64,000 nucleotides of DNA, from assembly GCA_904063045.1 (NCBI GenBank), contig CAJFCJ010000001.1, positions 2,976,001 through 3,040,000 on the forward strand, given 5' to 3'. A program made the translations under genes and the position numbers. The notes under the pieces were generated by a model. It was given only the letters and a program-made list of their open reading frames with translations, did not search any database and was not told where the DNA came from. Shown here in pieces: positions 39,364 to 53,100 of this stretch. The stretch is from Dimorphilus gyrociliatus (taxonomy: Eukaryota > Animalia > Annelida). Each line of letters begins with the position of its first letter. The stretch's first letter is position 1.

Positions 39364-39846
39364 TAAAGACATTTTTAATAAACTAATTAGAGAATTGATT
39401 GAAGTTTATGCATTGTTAAAGAATTATAGTAATAATATCATAGGAACAGAGTTAATATTATAGCTATAAATATACACTAATATATATATAGTTACTACAT
39501 ATAGATACTATATACAGATATGTGAAAGTATCTTATACAGTAATAATTCATTATCATTATATACACAAGAAATGATGTATTTATCTAATATTTCATAAGA
39601 AATATAGAGAAAATACCAACTAAGTAACTAATTACATATAAACTGACATTCTTATTTTAAGAAGTAAAAACCAGTAAAAGAGAAGATAGCATTTTTAACC
39701 TTGGAAAAGGTATATATACAGTATATTTATGTATATATATATATGTAGGCCTATGCATACTTTTTTTGAGAATAGCCAGATGGTTTCCAAAAAAAAGGTC
39801 CTTTAATAGAAACGAATTGTTTAAAAAAGTTTCTTGCAACGATATA

Positions 39847-42484
39847 ATGAACCTTAAATATTTAATTGTCGCAGCAGTATTTACATTTGTTTCTTCCCAA
39901 GATGTTGTTGTTAGAACTGAGTGGGGTAATGTAACAGGTCATGTTGTTGAGTTGGCTAATGGAAATAAAATCAACAGCTTTTTAGCTATACCTTATGCTA
40001 AACCTCCAGTGGGAAACTTAAGATTCTTGGTAAATAATTTTCAAGTAAAATATGTAATCTAATTATCTGTCGATTGAAAGCCTCCTGTAGATCCAGAGAA
40101 ATGGGATAACTTTGTAGCTGATTCTCTAGGAGCCGCTTGTCCCCAGGATCCAGTTGGTTTTATATGGTTTACTCATCCCGGTTGGAATCTTTATGAAGAA
40201 GATTGTCTCAATTTGAATATCTTTGCTCCTAATGAATCTCCACCGGCATCAGGCTATCCAGTCATGGTAAAACACAACTTTTACATAGAAATTAATAATT
40301 TTCTTTATAATCGACAATATTCTTGTTCGTTTTCTTAGGTCTATATTCATGGAGGCGGTTATGTTTTCAGTGCCAATGTCCAGTTTCCATGTCATTTTTT
40401 GGCTGACAAGGGAGTTATCGTAGTTGCTATTAACTATCGTCTTGGTCATTTAGGTACGCTATTGATAAACTATTTAGATTGTATCGTATTGAAAATTTTG
40501 CAGGATTTATGTCGACGGGAGATAATACTGTTCCAGGTAATATGGGATTGCTTGATCAACGTAAAGCGATGGAATTTGTTAAACAAAACATAAAAAATTT
40601 TGGAGGAAATCCAGATAAAATAACTTTATTTGGTGAATCAGCTGGAGCATCAAGCGTCGATTTGCATACATTATTACCAGAATCAAGAGGTTTATTAACA
40701 ACAACACTTTTTAAAGAACTCTATGACAAAACTTATTATTATTCTAAGATCTTTTCCATCAAATGATTCAACAATCGGGAACTGTAGAATCCCCTTGGGG
40801 TTATTTGAATGCTAAACATAAACCCGAAGAATATACTGAAGAGGTATTCTTTTGCTTTAACTAGAAATTAGGTTATATATATGTATGCGTGTGTGCACTT
40901 GCATAGGTCGCCGGGAAATTAAATTGTTCGAGACCAACTACTGAAGAAATGATGGACTGCTTAAGACTCATAGACCATAAGACGTTGAGAGAAGCCAGTT
41001 TTACTTGTAAAGTAAATAGATGTTATTAATTCTCTTCCAAAATTGCTATTTACCTTCCAACATTCTAACAGCCAGGTTTATGGTGTGTAGGTTTTGGACC
41101 AGTTATTGATGGGGATATTTTACCAAGGGATCCAGTCGATATGATAAGAGACGGAGATTATAAGAAATGTCCTTTATTATCTGGAATAATGTCAGAAGAC
41201 GGCGTTACCTTCATTGCTAATTGTAAAAATCTTTAAATAGACTTTTAGATTATATAATAAATTTGCATTTTTGACCTAACTAGTTATACCGGAACTCTAT
41301 AATGGACCAGTAAATGGAACCCGATTTGACGAATATCTAGAAAATATAGTTGACTATGTCAGTCAAAATTTTCCATCCAGAAGAAATGATCTAGAAGCTC
41401 TGTTCAAATTCTATTATAGGAATTGGGATGATCTTGAAGACGGAGAAGAAAACAGACAAACGCTTATCAAAGTAAGTAAGCTTAGCTCCTTGAATAAGTA
41501 AGAAAGATGAAAATTGCAAACTAAAGGCGTGACTATTATCAAAGATCGCTACAGACAGCATATTCGGCGCTCCTTTTGATCGACAAGCTAAAGTAAGGTC
41601 AACTGACAGCGATGTATACAAATTTATATTTTCGTATAAGAGTAACAACGCCGGTGACATCATTCCAGAATGGTTTGGTAATAATTAATTAATAAATAAA
41701 AACACGATTATTTGATAATAAATTCAGAATTAACGTTGTAACATTTTAATAATTCCTTTAAATAAGGTGTACCACATGTTGGAGAAATTCCGTACGTTTT
41801 CGGATATCCTTTATTGGAAGTAAGGAAATAAGTATACATTCAAAGAGTATAGTGTTTACTAAGCTTAAAATTTGTACAGAAAAATCCTCAAGTAAGACAG
41901 GATATGGATATGTTTTTTGATTTTATAGAATGGGATGAATTGGACGTTAAATACGCCGATTACGTTGCTACTTTATGGACAAACTTTGCTAAATACGGGT
42001 TAAACCATAAACAATCCATTAATTTTTTTCTCTCTCTCCCACTCTCTTTCTCTCTCTCTCTCTACATATATTTTCATAAACTTAAATAAATCACGCATTT
42101 ACATCAACAGAGATCCTACCCCATCACCGGTATCTCCACCTGTTGGACAAGTTCCAACCAATTGGTTAAATTTTACAAAAAGCGATAAAAATTATCTATT
42201 CATGGGCCAAAATAATATAAATAATAGAGAAAATTATCGACAACAACCTATTGCCTTTTGGGATAAATTAATTCCTTACTTTTTTCAAAATACCTCAGGT
42301 ATGAAAGAAATAAACGTTATCTAATAGATAGAAAACTTTATTATATATAACTTATATTCTAATAGGTGAAAGAAAATTAAATCATTTTACTTTCTCTTCA
42401 AATATTCTTGAGAAAAAGTTGGAATGGATTAAAGATCATGCTAAAAAGCGTCTTGTTAAAAAGCTATTACCTTTAATTGTTTAG
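39847..42484 (+). CDS. Type-B carboxylesterase/cholinesterase-family enzyme, paralog 2 (tandem duplicate, same exon structure)
   Basis: Signal peptide, IPYAKPPVGNLRF, EDCLNLNIFAP, YIHGGG, GESAG, GIMSEDG, GVPHVGEI. Introns are at the same positions as in paralog 1. Confidence 0.93.
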
Positions 42485-42642
42485 AATAAATGAAATTAAA
42501 TTATATTTGACTTTCGTGAAGAGTTTGTAAACTCAAATGTAATATTAATTGTAAATAAAACATCAAGTAAAGTTTATTTTATATATTAATGTCAATAAGT
42601 AACTGAGATATGCATATTTGTTAGGCCTAAAACATAATGATT

Positions 42643-42655
42643 GTTGCTAAGGAAC
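42643..42655. promoter_or_regulatory. RFX X-box-like motif upstream of the DUF4062-STAND gene
   Basis: GTTGCTAAGGAAC (reverse complement GTTCCTTAGCAAC). A second, weaker site GTTGCTATGCTAAT lies at 42826-42839. Confidence 0.45.
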
Positions 42656-43016
42656 TCGTGACTGTTCAAGGCATAGATATCAGAGATTAACGAAATATAC
42701 AGAATATACTTTCAATAGGAAATTGTTGATTTCGCCTGATCTAATCCCATTTTAAATACTAGGAAAACGAATATTAATATACGAGAGACCCTAATATTAG
42801 TACACATAATCAATATGTCTGACTCGTTGCTATGCTAATCGTCGATTCTTGTCGATCTATATCGAAGAGCAATTTATAAAAAGAATCTACTGAGTAAGCA
42901 TGCGAATTTTGAACAATCCTAATTCAACTAGTTTTTTGCTAACCTTTCATTTTTCTTAACCAGAACTAGAATAAAAAGGATTTTATTGCCATATCATCAA
43001 CGGTTTATATGCAAAG

Positions 43017-46000
43017 ATGAATTATCCAAAAGAGTTGAAGGAGCCTAAAGTGTTAAGAATATTTTTTTCATCTCCATTCAATGGTATGGAGATAGAGAGA
43101 GAAGAATTAACGAAAAGATATTGGCCAAGAATACAATCTCTTTGCAAGTATATTATTTCAAACTATCATATATTCTCCATTCTATAAACCTGAATTATAC
43201 AGTGTACATGGACTACAGTTTCGTGCTGTTGATATGAGGTGGGGAATCACTTCGCAAAGTTCGGATGCTGCTAGAGTCATTCAGATTTGCCTTGCAGAAG
43301 CTGCAAGATCTGATATATTTGTTGGATTTTATGGGCAAAGATACGGATGGCATGGCGAAAATGATAAAACTCTTCAAAAGAATTTTGATAATGCATTACC
43401 AAGCTTTCCGTGGATTGATAAATATAGAGATAGGAGTGTTACTGAATTAGAATTTTTAGCAGGACATTTGAACAATCCCGGAAAAATTCCAGCATGTTTA
43501 TGCTTTCGAGATAAGGTATCTCCTAATTTATAGCAATAATAATCAACATAAGAGATATTTTTATCTTTTTTATCCGTTTAATAACTAAAACAAAATGCGT
43601 GCAGAAATTTGACGACAAGAAAGTAGAAGAAGCAGAAAGAGTAGACAAAAAAGCTGCCAACAAATGGAAAATTGAGAGTGAAGTTGCCGAATTAAGAATG
43701 AATGATTTGAAAAGAAGAGTAAAGGAAACTGAAGACGCAGTAAGTTATATCATATGAAATAGCAATAGAGCATCTTAAATCATATTATTCTCAGGCCTTA
43801 GGAGTTGATATCTGCTATAAAACTCCTGAAGAGGTAATGAATTCAAATATCTATACTAATATCATTAATTTAATATCAATTATATTTTGAAAGGGAGCAA
43901 AGTTCATGTTCGATTGCATCTGGAAACATTTAAATGATTATTTATTAATTCATTTAAGATCGACTGGTGAACAATCAAGACTATTAAAACAATTGACTCT
44001 GCATAGTCAATTTACTGAAAGCCGATGTAAGATTTATGAAGAGGATCAAACACTTTTGGATAAGTTGTCAAATTATATCAACAGTAACAATAACATTAAA
44101 TACATTTAAGTAGAAGATATAAAATAGTTAACTACTCTTTGTAGCATCCAACTCAAAACCTATATGTATAGTTGGAGAATCTGGAATTGGAAAGTCAGCC
44201 CTACTATCAAACTGGAAAGTATCGTATTCTCAGAAGAACAACGACGAAGTACTATTCCTGTATCATTTCGGTTGTGCTAAAGGATCAACATCAATCGGGA
44301 GCTTTTTAGCAACTGCTTCAGCATATCTAAATGATATTCTTATCGAAAGAAAACAAACTAAAGATTTCTTTGAAATATCCGACAAGAAAGAATTAGTTCG
44401 AAGTTTTCAAAAGATTTTGAATGATTTTAATGAAGAGTTTAAAAGAAAGCCGATAATAATAATAGATGGATTAGATAAATTAGAGATTGATAAAAGTACA
44501 GCTCCATTTTTCTGGTTTCAAACAAATATCTTACCTTTGGGACATTTTATATTATCAACGAATATTAATGATTCAACACACTTAAAAGTGATAGATGAGA
44601 GAGGATACGATAAATATGAAGTATCCGTTCTCTCTAAGGAGAGAAAACAAGCTTTTTGCACGGTATGATTTATTAAATAATTATTATTTTATAATATCGG
44701 AGAGATTATCAAAGTTTTATATGAAATAGAAAACGTTGAAAGGATATTCAAAAGAATTTTCAGAAAGTCAATTAAACAGTGTAGTTGAAGTTAAACAAAC
44801 TGAAAATCCATTATATCTAAAGGTATTTGTGGAGGTTTGTATTGAGAAATAAGAAAAACTCTCTTTTCCTAATCATGTCTTATTTATTTAAATTGATTTG
44901 AAATAGGAAATTTGCTCTTTCGGATACTTTAGATTACTTGATGAGAAAATTAGTGATCTCTTAAGTGCGTCTACCAGTACTGATCTGTTTGAAAAAGTAT
45001 TGATTAGACTTGAAGCTGATTACAATGATGAAAATAATCCCACGTTTATTCAAGACGTTTGTTTTCTTTTTTGTATAATTTTATATATTGAATTTCAATA
45101 TCTAATGTTTGCATTTGAATAGGCTTTGTGCAGTCTTTTACTAACAGAATACGGATTATCAGAGAAGGATATTTTAGATTATTTAAACGTTGACCAACAC
45201 GTATGGGTTCCATTTTTTTTCTCCATAGAGAAGTTTCTAATAATACGAAACGGAATGTTACAGTCAGTAAATAATTGAATTATCTTGAAATACGGTTAAA
45301 ACGAATAAGAAACTTTGTTTAGAATTTCTATCAATGAATTTGGATTAGCGATTAAAGCAAAATACTGTCCAACTGATGAACTATTGTATGTATTTTCAAT
45401 AATTGTTTATTAATTTAATCTATTATAATGTTTATTGAAAAGGCAACGTTCAACTCAAAAATTGGCAGTTTTCTTATATTCTCAATTTGAGGTACAGGAG
45501 GAGGAGGAGGAAGAGGAGGCGTTACATAGTAATTTCTATATATATTTTTGTATTAGAAAAAGAAAAAGACGGGAGAAAATATGGAATCAGTATTGATGGA
45601 CGAGTTACCTCTTCTTCTCATGAAATTAAATGATAAAGAGAAACTATTGGAGTTTGTCACAACAGAAAATGTTATTAACTATTACAAGTAACCATCATTA
45701 ATGTAATATTTTAATGATGAATATAAATATTTCTTATTTTCCTTCTTTAGAAACAAAGTTAACGCAATTCTGGAATTCTTTTCGAAATTTACATCGGACG
45801 AATTGTATAAAGCATTTTCAAAATTCATTAATAACACTGTTTGTTATAACTATATTGAAAATGAAAGAAACTTTTCAGAGGATGATTTTGTAGCAAAGGT
45901 AATCAATTAGATCTATATATAAATAGTTTATACGTTTTTGATATTAATATAAATCTCTTTATATCTTTAAGTCAATTGATCTCTTGATTTCGTTAAAAGA

Positions 46001-48141
46001 GATTGTTTACGAATGTAAACATTATGAACTGTATGAAATTATTACCAAGAAAGTGATGACACTGATTCCTGTTTCTAAGCATTCTGAAGACAAAAAAAAA
46101 GAATTGAATTTATCAATGAAATACGATTTAGGGTGTATCTATTGTGATTGTTTTGAAATTGATAAATCAATTGCAATTCATAAAGAGCTTTTGGAATATT
46201 ATGAAAGTATTAATAATCTTCGCTTACTTCAACAAATATATCATGCTCTTGGAACAGCATACATTAATAGTGAAGTTTATGATGAGGTTCTAATAGATTT
46301 TATTGTTGATTATTTCAAAATCATACTATGTTTCTTTCATTATTTTCAGGCCGAAAAGTGTTTTGATAAATGCCTCGAAATACTTGATAGTGGAGAATTA
46401 AATGTAGTAGATAATACAAGAGGACTAGTTTACAGTAATTTAGGTCTAATTTATCAAAAAACTAATAGACTAGAAAAGGCCTACGAAATGACATCTCAAT
46501 CAATTAAAGTATGTATTCACCCTTTCAATTTTATACTATTTAGTCATTAATAAATAAGTATTAATGCTAAAATAGATTGAAGAAGAATATTACTTTGGTG
46601 ATTTGCCTTTAAGTATTTCCCATCGTATTCATAATTTAGCAATAATTGAAAGGAAAAGGAATAATTTGGATGAAGCTGATAAACTCTATCTTAAGTATGA
46701 ATAATTTATATTAATTTAATTGTCTACTATTTTAATTTCTATACAGATCTTTTGAAATTATTAAAAATACTGTTGGTGAAAATTCAATAGATGCTGCAAT
46801 GATCTATCAGAATCGTGCAGTTGTTGAAGGAGCGAGAGAAAATCCCGATCTTGATAAATGCCATGAATTGACCTTGAAGAATTTGGAAATCATGGAAGTA
46901 AGATTCTATACCTTTTAAAATTTATACATATATATGAAAGTGTTATTGATATTTTAATAGAAAGCTATTGGAGATAATGTGAAAGATATGAGGTTAACTT
47001 TTGCCTTAGAAAATATGGCCCTAAATTTATTTAACAGAAAGAATTTTGATGAAATGGAAACTTATTTGTGGAGAGCAGGTTTATTATTCATTTTCTCATG
47101 ATTCAATTCAGCATATTTAACATCATTCCCCTAAAAATTTAACCATTTTTAGTTGAGAGACGAGAAATAAATCAAGACTTTAGATCGGCACTTAGCTTTT
47201 ATGATCCTCTCATAATAAAATATGTAAATGAAGATAAAGAATATACAAAAGCTCGAAGACTCATTCTAAATCTATTTCACGCTAAGCAGCAATTGTTTTA
47301 TTTTCTTGTATTATACTTATGTGATAAAGAAATTGGCGATAATCCTGAAAGACCTTACGAAATGACTTTAGAATATGCTTCTGAAAAGTACATATATAGA
47401 TTAACTATAATGTCATTTCTCTTTATGATATTCATGATTGTTTTCTTATTTCCTTTTAGATATCCAACTGATATGCAAACATACTTTTTTAGATTAAAAA
47501 ACGTTCTTATACCCGAGAAAGCAATAGATAAAATAATTGATGCAGCAAATAGATTTTATGTTACAGCACACGAAAGCAAAGATGAGGAAGCTATAGGGAA
47601 TTGTCCTTCAGTATTGGAAGTAAGTATTAAACTCTTGAGAGATAAGGAACTACCTGAAGTAGCCGAAAAAATGGCTATTGAAGCCTTAAAACATGAACCA
47701 GAAAATAAGGTATGAATGATACTTTCCCAATTTGTTTTATCAATGTAAAATATGTATTTATATTAAAAAAAAGGAAATTCTAAATGAATACGCAATTACA
47801 CTGGAAAGCTTAAAGAAAAAACCGGATGTATTAGAAGTTTATGAAAAGTTGTTTAAAATGCATCCTGAAACTATAGAATTTGCCATAAATTGTTGTAAAT
47901 ATTGCTGCGAACTAGGAAAAATTGAAAATGCAGAGAAATATTTAGCAGATTTCGTAAAATTATCGGAAACTAATACAACTCATTCAAATTTGGTAAAGAA
48001 ATTACAAAAAAACAACCTAAATTACATATTTATTATTTAATTTTCTATTACCAGATTCCAATATTTGAAAATGCAATTAAAGAGATGAAAAAGAAGAGAG
48101 AAGAGTATGAAATGTCTGTGAAAAATTCAGAACAACATTGA
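43017..48141 (+). CDS. DUF4062 + STAND (NACHT/AAA-like) NTPase + TPR-repeat protein (NPHP3/TEP1/NWD-like architecture)
   Basis: DUF4062 motifs: LRIFFSSPF.GMEIERE, AVDMRWG, ICLAE, FVGFYGQRYG, SVTELE. Walker A GESGIGKS (44174-44197), Walker B IIIIDGLD, ENPLYL. TPRs such as LGTAYINSEVYDEAEKCFDKCLEI and LGLIYQKTNRLEKAYEM. There are many short GT-AG introns. Confidence 0.88.
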
Positions 48142-49268
48142 ATTCTCCCAAAATCTATTTTATTTTATTGAAAGATATGTTCAAACCTGTTCACAGTTTT
48201 TATAACTGTTATTATTTCTACTGTTTCGCTTTAAACTATGGTTTATTAAAGTAATACAAAATGAAATAGGTTTCAATTTATTTGTCATCTGCATATTGTT
48301 TATATGAATACACTCTGCGTTCTTTTATATATTACTATATAGCCTCATATATTCAATATATTTCAAGCATTTAAGCTATCACAAGTATATTTTCTATTGA
48401 TATATTACTACATACGTAACACATTACATATTCTCTTCACGGAAGTATAATTAAATTGATTAGCGTTGATGTTGATAGCTACACCAACAATAAATTTAAC
48501 CTGTTCTATAATATAGCGTTTAATAAGTTTCTAACATTGTCTAGTTTAACAAGTTTACCAAATACCTTTTAATGATTCGACGCAGGATAAAAACCGTAAT
48601 TGAAAATGTATAGACACATGAATATGCCTATTTATTCTATTTTTTTTAAACATTAATTACTTAGCTACTGTAATACCAAATTCACACAGGATATGTTTAT
48701 TAATATTTTAAAAATGCATCAAACCTTTAAGAGAAGCTAATAAGGAGGATATATCTAACTATAAACAATTAAATCATAGGCTCTAAAACATATTGAAAAA
48801 GCGAATACATAAAAAAATGACAAAAAATAGTAAAGAAGTCCAATGGATGAGTCATATATAAATTAAATAGGACTTGAATGGTATTAATATTAATGAAAGT
48901 AAAAGACCCAATGAATTCACAAAGATGTGAAAGAAAGAAAGAAAGAAGCAAAGAATTAAAGCAGCAAATTCTTCAGGTGAAAAAGTTTGACGCTGTGTTT
49001 TTTTTAAATATAAATAGAACGGATGGAATATTTTGTTTGCAATAATTTACTTTTAGCTTATACAAATGCTAAATTATGTTTTTTAATGATCAAAAAGAAA
49101 GGAAAGACAGAAGAAAATGTATTCAATAACAATATCGCATTCTCTACCTATACAGTATTTAGCTTTAATTTAATTGAATTTTTTTTACATGTTTCATTAA
49201 TTGAAAAAGAATTTTTGTAGTTGGAGAAATTCTACAATAAAACGTTCATTCAGTAAAACTGTTGAATA

Positions 49269-49706
49269 TGGGGTGAACCGAGGGCATAAGTCATCAGTTT
49301 TTACCAAGTATTTGTTTGTCGTGACTCATTTCGTACAGTTTTTATAGTAGGGAAAGTTTTCTTTTTCTAGCTTTGCCATGTTTGAACATTTTAGGGAAAT
49401 TATGTCAAAAGATGGATTTTAAAACAAATACATCTATCCCCCCTTCTCCAATCAAAGTTATCGACTTTTACATACATCATTGAAATGTTACAGTTTAAAA
49501 TAAACTGTAGTGTATATAGAATGTATATAGAAAAAGCATAACTCTCTCTCTCTCTCTCTGTAATGTAATATATTTGTATTCAAATTACGAAATTTTTATC
49601 ATCCTAGGCAAAAGCATATTGAGCATAGGCAGAGTATTGCAAATTAGTTAATTAAACAATACTTAAAGCTAACTTTATATACATTTTATAAACTGTATAT
49701 ATTAAT

Positions 49707-49743
<37 letters not shown>

Positions 49744-50024
49744 AAAATAGCCAAGTTATACAATTTGTTTCATGAGACAATTAGTCATTTTAGAGAAATT
49801 CCGTATAGATATTTATATTTAAATACAATCTGGGGTGACGAGCTGTAGCGATGAATAATCAGCCTGGTGAAACAACATGGAATATTTAGTTGCAATTTTA
49901 CTATAGTTGCTATAGTTCTAAACATATAAAAATTACTTTAAATTGAAAAATATTAAACAGTACTTCATTAAATGTGAATATTTTAGTAAATATAGCGTCT
50001 AAAGAGTAGTTTTTACGGGGTGAT
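49269..50024. promoter_or_regulatory. Three SRE-like GGGGTGA motifs upstream of the ABCA gene
   Basis: TGGGGTGAA at 49269, TGGGGTGAC at 49831 and CGGGGTGAT at 50016. These are reverse complements of the TCACCCC core of SRE-1. Confidence 0.45.
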
Positions 50025-50158
50025 TCCCTTCCCCCCCTCATCCATTTACCTTTGGAAGGTATTGATTGCATAGGTGTCGCCTCTAGTAGCATATAGGGTA
50101 CTATTGTATTTTTATTGAAAGGCTTTCGCAGGGAATTTCATTTTACCTCCAGTGAGAG

Positions 50159-53100
50159 ATGGGTACGAGCTCATGGAGGCAATTTCGCCTTCTTATGTGG
50201 AAAAATTGGCTTATTCAAAAGAGAAAGACAGTTTTAACCTGCTTCGAAATTGGTTTACCTGTGTTTTTTGCAATAGTTATATTTGGTATACGTCAAATTG
50301 TTGAAGTTACAGACCACGATAAAGCTGTTCAATGGAAACCCTACAATATTCCAAAACTATCAAGAAACGATAGTCTAATCATGTATACCCCTGATAATCA
50401 GTTAACGAAAAACATACTAAATGATATGAAAAATGACTTAAAATTAGCAAGAAAACGTAAGTTAAATCTCTTAAAAAATTGAGAAATTAAAGGAAAAATA
50501 TTGAATAGATTACATATCCCTTTATAATTTAAGCTTTTATAAAAATCTCTATGTTGGCTAAGAATTAGGAACATAAAATAAATCAATATAGAAAATAAAC
50601 GATTTTTACTTTTAAACCAGAAATTTTCTTTCACTTTTATTGCTAAGCACTTATTTAAATAAACAAGTACAAATATTTATACGTACATTGCAGTCGCATC
50701 TCACCCTGTTTTTAATAATATACAATGAATATACTGTACACATTGAGTGATCCGTTAAAAGTATCCAAATGTATTCTACCTCTATTATAGTTGATTCCTC
50801 TTTTTTTTTATGACAGCTATTGGTTTCCCTTCGGAAAAAGCTCTTGAATTGCATATTGAAGATTCTGTACGAGGTGAAGAATACAGACTCTCTGTTGGAG
50901 TTGTATTTACTAATCTAAATGGCAGTCAATTACAAGATTCAATTAAATATAAACTACGATTACCAATTGATACCGATGGTATCTTGGGTCCACGCCGTTG
51001 GTTTACAAAATCTGTATTTCCTGCTTTTCAAACTCCTGAGCCAAGAGAAAATGGCCAAGAAGATTTTAAGCCAGGTTATACTAGATGGAACTATCTAACT
51101 TTTCAGTATGCTGTTGATAAATCAATTATAAAAAATATTAAACCTACGTTTGATGCATCGAAATATGATGTTCAAATGCAGAAACTTCTACATCCTCCTT
51201 ACATCGACAACCCTTTCCTCAATATTATCCAATTTCAGTTGCCGTTTATTATACTTTTGTCCTTTATCCTTCTTGTTCCATCCATTGTCAAGGACATAGC
51301 TTTGGAAAAAGAAAAACGTCTAAAGGTAATATATATATATAGAGGAGAAAAAGAATATAAAAATGTAAAACATTGTTGTGTTATTTTCAATAGGAATCGA
51401 TGAAAATGATGGGATTGAAGAGTTGGTTGCACTGGAGTGCTTGGATAGCGAAATACTTACTTTTTATGATGATAAGCATTTTACTATATACAATATTTTT
51501 TTGTATACAAACTGGTAAAGGAGGAGTGTTTGATAAATCAGATCCTATCTGCATATTCGTGTTTTTATTTTTGTATGCTATATGCACAATTTCATATTGC
51601 TGTATGATCACTACATTCTTCTCCAAGGCTAATTCAGCTGCTGCTGCGGGTGGAATTCTCTTTTTTGCCACATATACTCCATATTTTTTCTTGTCTACCC
51701 AAGTTCAAGAGTTAACTACAGGAGTAAAATTTGCTTCATCTCTTCTACACAATCTTGGAATGGCTTATGGTTGTAATGTAATCGGAGTTTATGAAGGTAC
51801 AGGTGAAGGAGTACAATGGAACAATATTGGAAAGCTTGCGACTGAGGACGAAAATTTCAAAATGTCGGATGTATTCTTGATACTTTTAATTGATACCATA
51901 CTCTATGGCATAATCACTTGGTATGTTGATAATATTCACCCAGGTGAATTTGGTCTTGCTAAACCGTGGTATTTCCCCTTCACCAAGTGGTACTGGTGTG
52001 GAGGAGCTCAAAATTTCACTGGTACAGATGATGACAATCTCGAACATGAAGTCAATACCGAAATGTTTGAACCGATTAACCCTGATATTGAATCAGGTGT
52101 TGAAATAAGAAACTTACGAAAGCAATTCAAAGTTGGAGGGAAAATAAAGACAGCAGTTCGAGGCACGACGATTAAAATGTTCAAAGGTCAAATTACAGCT
52201 CTACTTGGTCATAATGGAGCAGGAAAAACAACTACTATGAATATGTTGACGGGCTTTATTTCTCCTACGTCTGGAGAGGCTCTTGTAAATGGATACAATA
52301 TTAGAACTGATATCGATTCAGTGAGAAGCAGTTTGGGCTTGTGTCCTCAACACGACATTCTCTTCGATAATCTAACAGTTGAAGAGCATCTAGAGTTTTT
52401 TGCCGCACTGAAAGGATGTCCCAGCGGGCAAATAAAGGGCGAAGTAACCCAAATGATAAAGCTTTTAGGTCTTGAATCAAAAACAAAAAAGCTATCAAGT
52501 ACGCTTTCTGGTGGTCAAAAACGAAAAGTTAGCGTTGGAATAGCTTTAATATATGGATCGAAAGTTGTTATACTGGATGAACCTACTTCTGGAATGGATC
52601 CTGAAGCGAGAAGACAAACATGGGACATTCTTCAGTCTCAGAGAGAAGGAAGAACAATTATTTTATCAACTCATTTTATGGACGAAGCGGATCTGTTGGG
52701 CGATAGAATAGCAATTATGGCTGAAGGAGTAGTTCAATGCTGCGGAACAAGCTTATTCTTAAAATCGAAATACGGAGTTGGCTATCATATGACTATTGTA
52801 AAGCAACCAACATGTAATGTTGATTCTTTGACAACGATTATAAAAAATTATGTCCCAGAAGCACAAATGGAGTCAAATGTAAGCGCTGAACTATCGTACA
52901 TTTTACCTCAGAAGTGTAGCAACAAATTTGAGAGTATGTTCAGTCATCTTGAAAGCTCAAAAGATTCTCTAGGAATTGACTCGTTTGGAGCAAGCGTTAC
53001 AACAATGGAAGAAGTATTCTTAAAGTATGTAAAAATTCATCAATTTTTTTATTATTAACTGTAAAACAATTTAACCAATAGAGTTGGAGAATCGATGGAT

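Noticed and set aside
39766-39846. 27 open codons upstream of the esterase-2 ATG
   Set aside because: No coding-like composition or motif, and the signal peptide starts cleanly at 39847, unlike the WDR26 case.
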